From Octopus sinensis (taxonomy: Eukaryota), in assembly GCF_006345805.1 (NCBI RefSeq), contig NC_042997.1, positions 206,770,001 to 206,834,000 on the forward strand: a DNA stretch of 64,000 bases. Reading direction: 5' to 3'. The position numbers and the translations under genes were made by a program. Under the pieces are notes generated by a model, which ran no database searches, was not told the origin of the DNA, and saw only the letters and a program-made list of their open reading frames with translations. Below, one piece after another: positions 34,259 to 44,490 of this stretch; the first letter of the stretch is position 1; each line of letters starts with the position of its first letter.

Positions 34259-34583
34259 CTAGAGGCCAAACAGAAATCAAATATTTCAGAACAACAAAAA
34301 TATTATGAACCTTTTTCCTGTTGAAAATTTTGAAAAAAAAAACAAAAAAAAAAACAGGAATATTTTGACTAATTTTTGGGTTTAGACAAGGAATATGGAA
34401 ATATTAAACAGAGCAGTAGTAGTGGGAGTATTGAAATAGTGGTGGTGGTGTCCTGGAAACACCTACCAAAGCTGACTTTAGAGCAGAATACAGTTGTTGG
34501 TTGTGCCAGATTGTATCCAAGCATCCGAGCCATGCCAGCATGGAAAACAAATGGTAAAAGAATATGCTGCTGCTGGTGACCTG

Positions 34584-35600
34584 TATATCATCATCATCAT
34601 CGTCATTGAAAGTTTGTTTGCCATGTTGGCATGTCTTGGAGAGTTTGACAGGAGCTGATAAGGCCACACCAGCTCCCACTGTCTGCTCTGGCATGGTTTC
34701 CACAGCGGGAAGCCCTTCTTAATGCCAACCACTTTACAGAGTGTAGTTGGTGCTTTTGAAATGGCACCAGCACCAGTATCAACTCTGCTGTGGTGGATGG
34801 GTCTTCTGGAGTACAGCAAGCTGCCAGATATCTCGGTTCTTTCTTGTCTCCTTCATAAGGCTCAGTGTCTTGAGACTGAGCCCCAATACTTTGTCCCATA
34901 TATTCCTGGGTCTCCCTCTTTCACGAGCTCCATCCACTTTAAATGATGGATACTTCTTTATGCAACTGTCCTCACCCATTTGCATCACATCACCAAACCA
35001 GTACACTCTTCTCTCTTGCACGCTGCATCTAATTCCTCTTATGCCCAACTTTTCTCTCAATGCACTAGAGATCTTTGGTTTCTGAATTTTCTCCATCCTA
35101 TTCTTATTCTAGCAATTACACTTTCCATGCATCCTCCCCCCACAGCTAATTAGATCCCCTAAGTAGCTGAAATTATCCACTGCCTCTGAAGAGACTCCAG
35201 AGCATTTGAGAAAATCAGTTTCCTAAGTATCTCTAATTTTTATGGTTCCCACGCATCTTCCACAAACAAACACTACCTTCTCTGATAATCTTCCTAATAC
35301 TCCACTGCACCTCTTGTGTGTCCATAGCTTGCACTGTGTACACTGTATAGAATTCCTGCCTACACCTTTCCTATATACTGAGCAGGACCATTTACCTGAT
35401 GGGAGAAGGATCCTCTTTGTTTACTTAAGTTAACCTTAAGGCCCTTTGCTAAGTTAACCTTAAATCACTCTTAGATTCCAGGTTTCTCTTCCACAACTAG
35501 AATTTATTTTCTAGTTCTGTGACAGAATCTGCCAGATATTTTAAGCATATCAGTAGTGACTCCTGGTGGACCAGGGTGGGCTCTCCCTGTCTTTGTATCC
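34584..35600 (-). mobile_element. Degenerate RTE 3' half with (GAT)n tail
   Basis: Reads PSGRWSCSVYRKGVGRNSIQCTQCKLWTHKRCSG and LREKLGIRGIRCSVQERRVYWFGDVMQM..RGRPRNIW. The tail is at 34584-34605. Confidence 0.8.
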
Positions 35601-35806
35601 TTATGGGGGAATATTAAATAAATTAAAGATTTAACAGTTATCTTTTAAGGTACTAAAGAGATATACAAGGGTATGTATTAACGACCATGGAGGGGGGTAA
35701 GTTTACATTTGGATTTATGGAAGAAATTAAAAGTGCAGAAGAATTTACATTTACATATTGTGAAGGCTTTGTTGTGTTTGTTAACCAATTGTGGTGAGTT
35801 ATGGGT

Positions 35807-38110
35807 TCAAATTTTGAGGGCTTCTTTTAAGCAGAGTCCACAAATGGAGTGCAGGTCCTGACATGGGATGTCAGAGTCTATTATAGCCCAGGAAAGTCTA
35901 TATTGTATTTTTCTATTAATCAGATGGTGTATGGGACTGGTTTGTGATGTGGAATTGCTCTTTATATTTAAATGAGTTTCAATGTGCAGAATATCTTTGT
36001 TTGATCCAATATAGTAATTATTGGAGTTATCTAATATGTTGTGGACAGTGCATTGGTATACCATGTTGAATGTTTTGCATTGGGCTTGCAGTGGGCATTC
36101 AGTCCCAGATCTGAAGCTGCAGTTATCTATTCTGTGATGGTTAGTTGGAGAGAGGGATGAAATAGTACTACTTCTAGCAGACAAGTTAAACACTTAGTTT
36201 GTATTAGGTGATTCGTTCATGATATTGTTGTTATCATTGCTGTTATTTCTGTCAATATCACTGCCATCATTACCATTATTATTATTACTGCCATTATAGC
36301 TATCATAGTTATTATTATTACTAGTAGTAGTAGTAGTAGCATTGGTAGTGGTGGTGATGGTGTTAGTGTTATTATTGTAACTATTAGTAGTAGCGTTTAT
36401 GGTAAGAGTGTTAGTAATAGTATTATTTTCGGTAATGGTAATATTGCCATTGGTGGTTGTCTTATTGCTGGTGTTATTATTAGTTATGGTAGAGGTATTA
36501 GTAGTTGTAGTGGTTATAATATAGTTAGTATTGTTAGTATCGGTATTCCTATTAGTATTAGCGTTGGTTTCAACTGTGCACCCATTTTCCTCCAAAGCAA
36601 GGATTATATTATCTATGTTTAAGCCATTCAAAGCGTTAGGGCCAGGCGCATTTCTTATATTATTGCGATCGGTGTTAGTGTTCTCGTTGTGTAGGTCTAG
36701 GATAGGGTTGCATGCATTTAGATGGTGAGAGCTAAGTTTACGCTTGTTAGATGAGCTCATAATAGATTCGCTATTTGGTGTAGAGGAATAGGATAATTTT
36801 AAAGTGGATCTGTTAAAGATAGAATGATACCTGTGGTTACGTAGGAAATTAGAACCTACTATTTTAAAGAAAGCTCTAGCAAGGCCCGTAACATTTAAAG
36901 CGAATGGAGGTGTGTACCAGAGAATAGATCTCCCGCTACTTTTATTAGGCAAATTTGGGGAGGTGTAATTTCTTGTGTATGTTAGAGGAGAGTTGGAGGG
37001 TTTCGTGTTAATATTCTTAGATTGAGTCTTGTGTGTGTGGGTGCTAGGCAGGCGAGATTGTCTAAATATTGTGTGAGGGTTTGAGTATCCAATATGTGGG
37101 CATGCTCATCTAGAGTTAAATTTAGAGAGGTGTTCTTGAAGTCTAGCATTGGCTATAAATCTAATCTCCTTGGAGAAGCCCAGCTAGAGGTTGGTTGTAG
37201 TAAGAGGCGTAGTTATTTAAGATTTCCTCAGTGGCAAATAGATCAGATATTCTGATGGATATGCCTTTGATTATACTCTTGAAAGTAGATTTATGGTGGC
37301 TAGATTCTGTGTTGATGTACTTAAGGTATTGATTGGGTTTATGATATGGGAAGAGTTTAACTCTTTAGCATTTAAACCGGCCATATACGGCCAAAAGTAT
37401 TCTGCCTGTTTTATGTTCAAAATGTCCAGATCTGGTCTCTCACACCAACCCTACAATATCGTTTTAAAAATTAACAGCTACCTCATCAAAATCTCAAAGC
37501 TACAAGATAATGCCTGATTAGTTCAAGGCAATGTGGATGAAAATTTTGGTAGAATAATGCGAACACTAAAGGGTTGTAAGAGTTTTCAAAAGAAATAGAT
37601 AGGTTAAAGTTGGCGAAGAATTTAAGTAAGAGTTTTCTTTTTCTTTCTAATGCAGATTTTGGCCATCTCTACATAAACCACTTTTGATGTGGGTGAATTG
37701 TGTGTGGAGCTGTTGAAGGAGGTACAGTCTGACTAGATCCATTACCTGAGCAGAGTCGGATGAGCCCATGGTTATATCAAAGAAGTTGTTTCTATTAGTA
37801 TTGAGGTTAGCACAGGACCAAAGCTTATTATCAAAGGATATGAAAGTCTACCTGGTAGATAGAATTACATCAATTTCTAAGGAGATTATGTTGGTTAGGT
37901 TTTTAGCTAGAGTCAGGGCATCCTTAAGGAGGATTGGTGATATGGAGGTGTAGTAGTTGTTGATGTAAAGTTGTAGGAATGAGGTGTTTTTGCTTTGACG
38001 CATATGGAACCAGATAATTACCTTGCCTGTGCCGGATCATAAGTTTATGTTTAGCTTCTTTCTAATAGTAGGGTGGATTCTATCATATATATTTTTACTG
38101 ATTCATCCTA
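35807..38110 (-). mobile_element. Degenerate Penelope-like element (RT, linker, GIY-YIG endonuclease)
   Basis: RT remnant FFDITMGSSDSAQVMDLVRLYLL (about 37720-37790); linker RSILWYTPPFALNV..FFKIV..HRYHSIFNRSTLKLSYSSTPN; GIY-YIG CPLQAQC..VYQCTV..YYIGS..YRLSWAII..CGLCLKE. Confidence 0.85.
37357..37575. mobile_element. piggyBac-like MITE inserted in the PLE
   Basis: TTAA at 37357-37360 is followed by ctctttag, and the right end is ctaaagggtt (37566-37575). These resemble CCCTTTAG TIRs with a degenerate right TSD. Confidence 0.5.
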
Positions 38111-38117
38111 AATCAGA

Positions 38118-38420
38118 TTAGGTGTTTAGCATGTTCCCTGGGTCAAGGGTGTCCTTTAGGATCCTTGCCTGTTCCGCTATACATAATTTACAATGCTTGG
38201 TCCCCTTTATGCATGGGCTTGGATTTTCTAGGATTCTCCATGATATTGTGTATGGAATCCCACAGTCCATTAGCTGCCATACATGGCTCGCTAATGATGT
38301 GATGAATCCCCTTTCCGGTATCCTGGAGGAGGATCTGTGGTTGGAGAGGTGTTGTTTGAAAATTAGTGGTAGAGCTGATGTATCTCCATGGTCAGGTGTT
38401 GACAGTGGTGTGTTTGTTGG
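38118..38420 (-). mobile_element. Second PLE GIY-YIG C-terminal fragment upstream of the RT (tandem/pLTR arrangement)
   Basis: FKQHLSNHRSS..TSLASHVWQLMDCGIPYTISWRIL..PC..KHCKLCIAEQARI, diverged from the 35807 copy. Confidence 0.75.
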
Positions 38421-38679
38421 TGTTGGCATCGCTGCCACCGCTGTTGTTGGAACTTGCACTGATGGTGCTGGGGCTGCTGGTGTAACCGGCACGAGGGCCA
38501 GTCAGGCAGTTCTGGGAGCCAGTAAGGCGATGCATAATTATAATTCTTCTCCCAAATAAGCTGCCCTTCTTATTTGAGGCTCTGATGAAACTACAAGGTG
38601 CCGTTCAGCACTCAGCTAAGAGTCCATTGCATCTTATAGAAGAAACAGCTGTAAGTTCCTTTGTCATCTCATTTTCTAA

Positions 38680-38920
38680 ATCATCATCATCATTTAGCAT
38701 CTGCTTTCCATGCTGGCATGGATTGGACTGGTCGACTTGGAACTGGTAAGCTGGTGGGGGCTGCACCAGGTTCCATCTGATTTGACATGCTTTCTACAGT
38801 TCAAGGCCCTTCCCAGCACCAACCACTCCAAGAGTGTAATGGGTGCTTTCTATGTGCCACTGGCACGGGTGCCATTTGTGTGACACCAGCACAGGTGGTA
38901 GTTACGTGACACTGGCATAA
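38680..38920 (-). mobile_element. RTE 3' tail retroposon fragment
   Basis: (CAT)n followed by tttagcatctgctttccatgctggcatgg..aaccactcc..gggtgctttc. Confidence 0.75.
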
Positions 38921-38951
38921 TATTTAATATAAGTAAACAGAAAGAATTTAC

Positions 38952-39205
38952 CTGATGATGCAGTTGAACCATCTGTTGAAATTTCTTGGAAATCATCATC
39001 ATCATTTAGCGTCCGTTTTCCATGCTAGCATGGGTTGGACGGTTCAACTGGGGTCTGGGGAGCCCGAAGGCTGCACCAGGCCAGTCAGATCTGGCAGTGT
39101 TTCTACAGCTGGATGCCCTTCCTAACGCCAACCACTCCGAGAGTGTAGTGGGTGATTTTATGTGCCACCGACACAGGTGCCAGACGAGGCTATTCTTTAA
39201 ATTTC
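38952..39205 (-). CDS. Putative upstream PARP micro-exon (KFKEYFQEISTDGSTASS) split by a retroposon insertion
   Basis: Acceptor cttctaacAG|AAATTTAAAGAATA at 39205 and ..TCA TCA G|GTAAAT donor at 38952. Phase 1 matches the 34258 acceptor. The two halves join in frame if 38993-39190 is removed. Confidence 0.4.
38993..39190 (-). mobile_element. Young RTE 3' tail retroposon (about 200 bp)
   Basis: Close to the 23408 tail: catcatcatttagcgtccgttttccatgctagcatgggttggac...ggatgcccttcctaacgccaaccactcc..caggtgccagacgaggc. Confidence 0.88.
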
Positions 39206-39415
39206 TGTTAGAAGTAAGCAAATAATTTATCATCACTCAATGAAAAAATAATTTCCTAATTAATTTCTCTTAATTACAATGCAATGTTTTAATTCATTGT
39301 TTCTATCACAAATATTGTTTTAAATTAATATTTCCATTTATTGTATCATAGAATAACTTCCTCTGAGGAACAGGCTTTTGAATATTCTGTAGTTTGGGGA
39401 AGAATTTTTACTTAC

Positions 39416-39451
39416 AGAATAAAAAGAAATGAAATTTGCTTGTTTAAGTGA
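39416..39451 (-). CDS. Putative 36 nt upstream PARP micro-exon (SLKQANFISFYS)
   Basis: ttttctacAG|TCA...TCT|GTAAGT has strong splice sites, is open in phase 0 and is compatible with the next putative exon. There is no homology evidence. Confidence 0.35.
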
Positions 39452-40240
39452 CTGTAGAAAATTATTCATGGAATTGAATTTGGTATCAAGATTCCATGTT
39501 ATGCCCAAACACCAGCTTAATAATGACAAACCGATTTTACTTAATTCCTCATTACTTTCAAAACTGATTAAAACAAAAGAAGAATATTTCTGTTGAAACA
39601 GACTGGCTTTGAGTAAATCCCAGTGAATTACTGGTATGTCAACAGTGCTTTACTTCAATGCTATATATACTGTCCTACAGAGTATATCTGCAGATGTGTA
39701 CCCAACACTGTAGGTATAGATAAAAGGAGAAAGAAGAAAAGGAACGGGTCCAGCCAAACAATCTTTTTCTGTCCCCAACATATATTGTATACTGAAAGTC
39801 TTTATAAACGAGGGACATATTCATACGGCACAGAATGTTTTCACCTCAATAAATGTCATTGATTGGTTGAAATTGCAGAAATTGAAGAAAAAAAACAACA
39901 AATATCTCACAAACTATAGAATTTTCTCAATAAGACCAATAGAAAAAGATGTTTATAAAACACATTCTACCAGTATAGGAAGTTTAAAAGTGTTTAGTTA
40001 CGTGGAAATTATTTTAAAAAACTGCCGGTCAAACCGAAAAGATCTGAAGTTTTTTTCTAAATGTGTCCACTTCAAGCAGTACCAACTGGGAAATTGGATC
40101 ACCTTGTTTAAGCCTTTTCGGGTTATAAGCGTTGGCTTATCTTCAGGTACAGGGGAGACAACCCGTCCTCATTACCGTTTTTATATGTTAAGACTTAACT
40201 CGATTTCTAAGCATTTCCTCACACCCGTGACTTAGAAAAT

Positions 40241-41046
40241 TTGGATCTTTTCCTTTTGAACGGCAAATGTCAACACAATTTCTAGTTAACTAAACACTTT
40301 TAAACTTCGTATACTGGTAGAATGTGTTTATAAAACATCATTTTTTCTTGGCTTTATTGAGAAAATTCCATATGTTGTAACATATTTCCACTTTAAAATC
40401 GAGCATTCCGGCAATTTTAACCAATCGCTCACCTCCGTTTGGGGGGAAAAGATTCCGTGCTGTATGAATATGTCCCTTGTTTAAGAAACAGATTGGGTTT
40501 ATTTACATTTGCGAAGAAAAAAAGATACCCTTCCCCCACCCCTAACCCCAACGCTAATCCTAAAATAGATTGCAATGCAATAGATCGATACTAGGGTCAT
40601 AATTATGGGTGACAATTTCATACGACACCGCTATAGGAAATGGGATTTTTTTCTAGCGGTGTCAAATGAAAATGTCACCCATAATTATAACCCTAGTATC
40701 GATCTATTGCATTTCAATCTATTTTAGGATTAGGATTAGGGTTAGGGGTGGGGGAAGGATATCTTTTTTCTTCGAAAATGTAAATAAACCCAATCTGTTT
40801 CTTAAACGAGGGACATATTCATACAGCACAGTATATTTTCACCCCAAATGGAGGTGAACGATTGGTTAAAATTGCCGAAATGCTCGAAATTTCAGACGAA
40901 ATATCTTACAAATTATAGAATTTTCTCAATAAAGCCAAGAAAAAAATGATGTTTTATAAACACATTCTACCAGTATACAAAGTTTAAAAGTGTTTAGTTA
41001 ACTAGAAATTGTGTTAAAAACTGCCGTTCAAACCGAAAAGATCCAA
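40241..41046. mobile_element. ~800 bp fold-back MITE (almost entirely palindromic); an additional diverged arm lies at 39805-40065
   Basis: ttggatctttt...cggcaaatgt at the left end is the reverse complement of ...gccgttcaaaccgaaaagatccaa at the right. The arms pair inward to ccgcta..tagcgg near 40630-40660. Confidence 0.88.
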
Positions 41047-42510
41047 TATGTGTAAACTAAGTCGTCGGGTAGATTTTGTGTAGCCCCAACAGTCTTAATT
41101 CTGTGTTCGTTCCCGGTTTTATATACTTTATGAATGAATGAATGGCTTCAGTGACACGCGTACGTCCACCTATTGCATTGGTTAAAAATAATTCATTTCT
41201 AATTTTCTGTGAGGAAACTCCGAAATTGATTCATACAACCCTCGCCGCTGCATTCCTCTGTCTAAAAGTTAAAATGAACGGCTTGTGTGCGAATGAACAG
41301 AGAAAAATATGCTAGAAACAACAGCCAAATCTCACACAACTGCGATAACATAATGAAAGAAATATGGACTGAATCTACTCATCTTTCTGCAAAGGTTTCT
41401 TTCAGAGTAATCTGTGACAAAGTGAAATGAGAATGTTCTTTTTTTTTTTTTTACAACTAAAACCTCCGCCATGTACGCTGTTGTAATTTGGCGGGGATGA
41501 ACTTGGGCAATTTCATATCACCCGATGATCCAGTAATACACTTCAACCATCTTTTGATTTGGGACCCATAGGGCCTCAGTTGTGTGTTTTAAAAGATACT
41601 AATTAAAATAATTTTTGTGTATAGTCTTCCTTGTCTTCAGGAACATGGATATAATGTTGCAGCCCCCACAAGAAACTTATGAAGTCGCTGGGTTGGTGGT
41701 GAGGCAGCCCCTAGGAAAAGGAACCGAGCGACCTACTGCTTCAGGTATTCGGGCCCCATTCCAGATCGAATTATACTATTCTAGAGCATTCGCCATAAAC
41801 GCTCAATATTTTGAGTGTGGACTGATGGGTTGACTGGATCAACAAAATGCTGACTGCGGTTTACTTGATGGTGTGTATAGCCAAGGTTGTTGACCTCGGC
41901 GGAATTTGAACTCAGAACGTAGAGGCATTAAGTACAACACGGAAGAGGAGGCGGCGAAAGTTTTAAAAGTAACGAGAACGAAAGAGGTGGTGATACAAGG
42001 TGACATTGCAAGACTTGGTGAAATTAAGAGTTAGTGATGGGGGGAAGAGCTCCGACCTGTTACCAGTGTGGAGCAAGGGGACACATGAGAGCAAGGTGTG
42101 GCCCAGAACGACGAGAAAGATTAACAGGAATAGCAGCAACAAGGGGCAACGAGCAGGAGCAAAATGTCGAAGCGGCGACCCCAGCGAGTGAGTGACCAAT
42201 GTCCAGAGAAGGTGGAGGAAGAATATAATAAGGTGGTGAATAGGTAAAAAGAAAAAGGAAGGAATACGTGGACTCACCGCCAAAGGGTCCAAAGAGGAAG
42301 GAAAATAAACTGGAAGAGACACAGCAGGAGATTCCAACAATGGCAACAAGGGAAACCAAAGTAGAAAACCAATTGGAAAAACAGGAACAAATAAGAACCA
42401 AAAAAGAAGAAATGGCAGATGGTGACATATTCGAAAAACACGGAAATTGAAAAAGAGAATAACCAAAATGAAGACGGTTGCGAGAGTGAAGTTAATAACG
42501 GAATATTATC

Positions 42511-43104
42511 TATTTCTTTACTACCCACAAGGGGCTAAACACAGAGGGGACAAACAAACGGATTAAGTCGATTACATCGACCCCAGTGCGTAACTGGTAC
42601 TTATTTAATTGACCCCGAAAGGATGAAAGGCAAAGTCGACCTCGGCGGGATCTGAACTCAGAACGTAGCGGCAGACGAAATACCTATTTCTTTACTACCC
42701 ACAAGGGGCTAAACACAAAGGGGACAAACAAGGACAGACAAACGGATTAAGTCGATTATATCGACCCCAGTGCGTAACTGGTACTTATTTAATCGACCCC
42801 GAAAGGATGAAAGGCAAAGTCGACCTCGGCGGGATTTGAACTCAGAACGTAGCGGCAGACGAAATATCTATTTCTTTACTACCCACAAGGGGCTAAACAC
42901 AGAGGGGACAAACAAGGACAGACAAACGGATTAAGTCGATTATATCGACCCTCAGTGCGTGACTGGTACTTATTTAATTGACCCCGAAAGGATGAAAGGC
43001 AAAGTCGATCTTGGTGGAATTTGAACTCAGAACGTAGGGACGGACGGAATACCGCCAAACATTTCGCCCGGCGTGCTAACGGTTCTGCCAGCTCCTGCCG
43101 CCTT
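42511..43104 (-). mobile_element. Octopus-type SINE with its 3' ~180 bp triplicated, 23 bp TSD
   Basis: tatttctttactacccacaagggg occurs at 42511, 42685 and 42869, with a single 5' head at 43052-43104. TSDs are gaagttaataacggaatattatc (42488-42510) and gaagttaacgacggaatattatc (43106-43128). Confidence 0.9.
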
Positions 43105-43540
43105 AGAAGTTAACGACGGAATATTATCCAGAGAAACAGCAAGGCAATTGTGATTGACAAAGAAGGATGTGAAGAACTGGGAGAATTATTTGGAAATAAG
43201 ATCGACCCAGAAGGAGAACGCGTGGAGTTTGATGACTTGCCGCCAGTGATTGATTATGAGGACCAAATACCGTACATAAAAGGGTGGGGAAAAGCAAATT
43301 TAATGACTATAATACTGATACAAAACGGAATAAAAGAGAAAAAAGAAAAACATTTAAAATTTATTCTGCTTGCGAGTGGATAGCATGCATCCATTTTCAC
43401 CCCCATTATTAGAATTCATCCTTCCTTCGTTCGTTCAAATGTTTTATATCCCCACCGTAATGTCCAGTCAGTCCTTGTACTGTCCCCTCTGTGTGTTATG
43501 GCCCTGTTGTGCCAAAATAAAGAATGAGAAGTTTGTGGTG

Positions 43541-43715
43541 TTTCGTCTGCCGTTACGTTCTGAGTTCAAATTCCGCCGAGGTCGACTTTGCTTTTTATCC
43601 TTTCGGGGTCGGTAAATTAAGTACCAGTTACGCACTGGGGTCCATGTAATCGACTTAATACCTATGTCTGTCCTTGTTTGTCCCCTTGTGGGTAGAAAAG
43701 AAAAAAAAAAAAAAA
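43541..43715 (+). mobile_element. 5'-truncated octopus-type SINE with A-rich tail
   Basis: tttcgtctgccgttacgttctgagttcaaattccgccgaggtcgac...ccccttgtgggtagaaaagaaaaa. Confidence 0.85.
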
Positions 43716-44490
43716 GAAGGAGACGGCATTCGGTAAATTCCGTAAATTCACATGGCGGAGACGTAAAGGGACCCGTCCATCCCTTTAGAAAAAAAAAATT
43801 GTTTTTATCGAATCCCACGTTTTCGGCTATGGAGATGTCCGATTCTGAAAAGAAAAATTGTTTGTAAAATTTCAATTTAAAAAAAAAGACCCCCCTCCTT
43901 ATTCCGAAGATTACCGCAACCCGTTCCGTTGCGGAAAGCAAGTCGAGGTCTGTTGGTCCCGAATAGTCAAAGTGTATGGTTGGGTGATTCGGGCGATAGG
44001 AAATGGTCTGGCGTTGACGGATCTATGTTTGGAGAAATTTATGGATTTACGGCGAAGAAAAGATTCCCAGAATTTCTTATAACATTTCTCAAACCCTTTT
44101 GCCCGAGTTTATTCCCGACGGCCGTCCATGGCTGGGAGGTTTCACTCGTCAAAAACGAAAACACTTTCATTTCACTTTGTCACGGATTACTCTGAAAGAA
44201 ACCTTTGCAGAAAAGAAGGTGAGTAGATTCATTCCATATTTCTTTCATTATGTTATCGCAGTTTTGTGGGATTTGGCTGTTATTTCCAGCATATTTCCTC
44301 TGTTCATTTTCAGGCAGCAGGATGAAGGAGGCTTGACAACTTTGTTTAGCTACGATAAAGGACAAAAAAACCCACTTTATTTAAGGGCACAATTTTTGAT
44401 TCAGTTCCTAGAGATGCCAATATTAAATGCAGTTCAAAATTACATTTCTTCTCTCACCTAAATATAAATACAAAGACAACAAATGAGAAG

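Noticed and set aside
40724-40750. Telomeric TTAGG(G) repeats
   Set aside because: Only 3-4 degenerate units, and they are an internal part of the fold-back MITE arm (mirrored at about 40540-40565).
41210-41230. ISRE in gaggaaactccgaaatt
   Set aside because: The 4 nt spacing between GAAA half-sites does not match the consensus, and such matches are common in AT-rich DNA.
41641-41744. Plus-strand exon (cttcAG|GAAC...TCAG|GTATTC) of another gene
   Set aside because: Splice-like ends exist, but the peptide resembles nothing I recognise and no partner exons were found.
41960-43380. Host protein-coding gene in the purine-rich ORF fragments around the SINE trimer
   Set aside because: The frames are broken and charged or low-complexity. 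It may be a decayed LINE ORF1, but no motif could be assigned.
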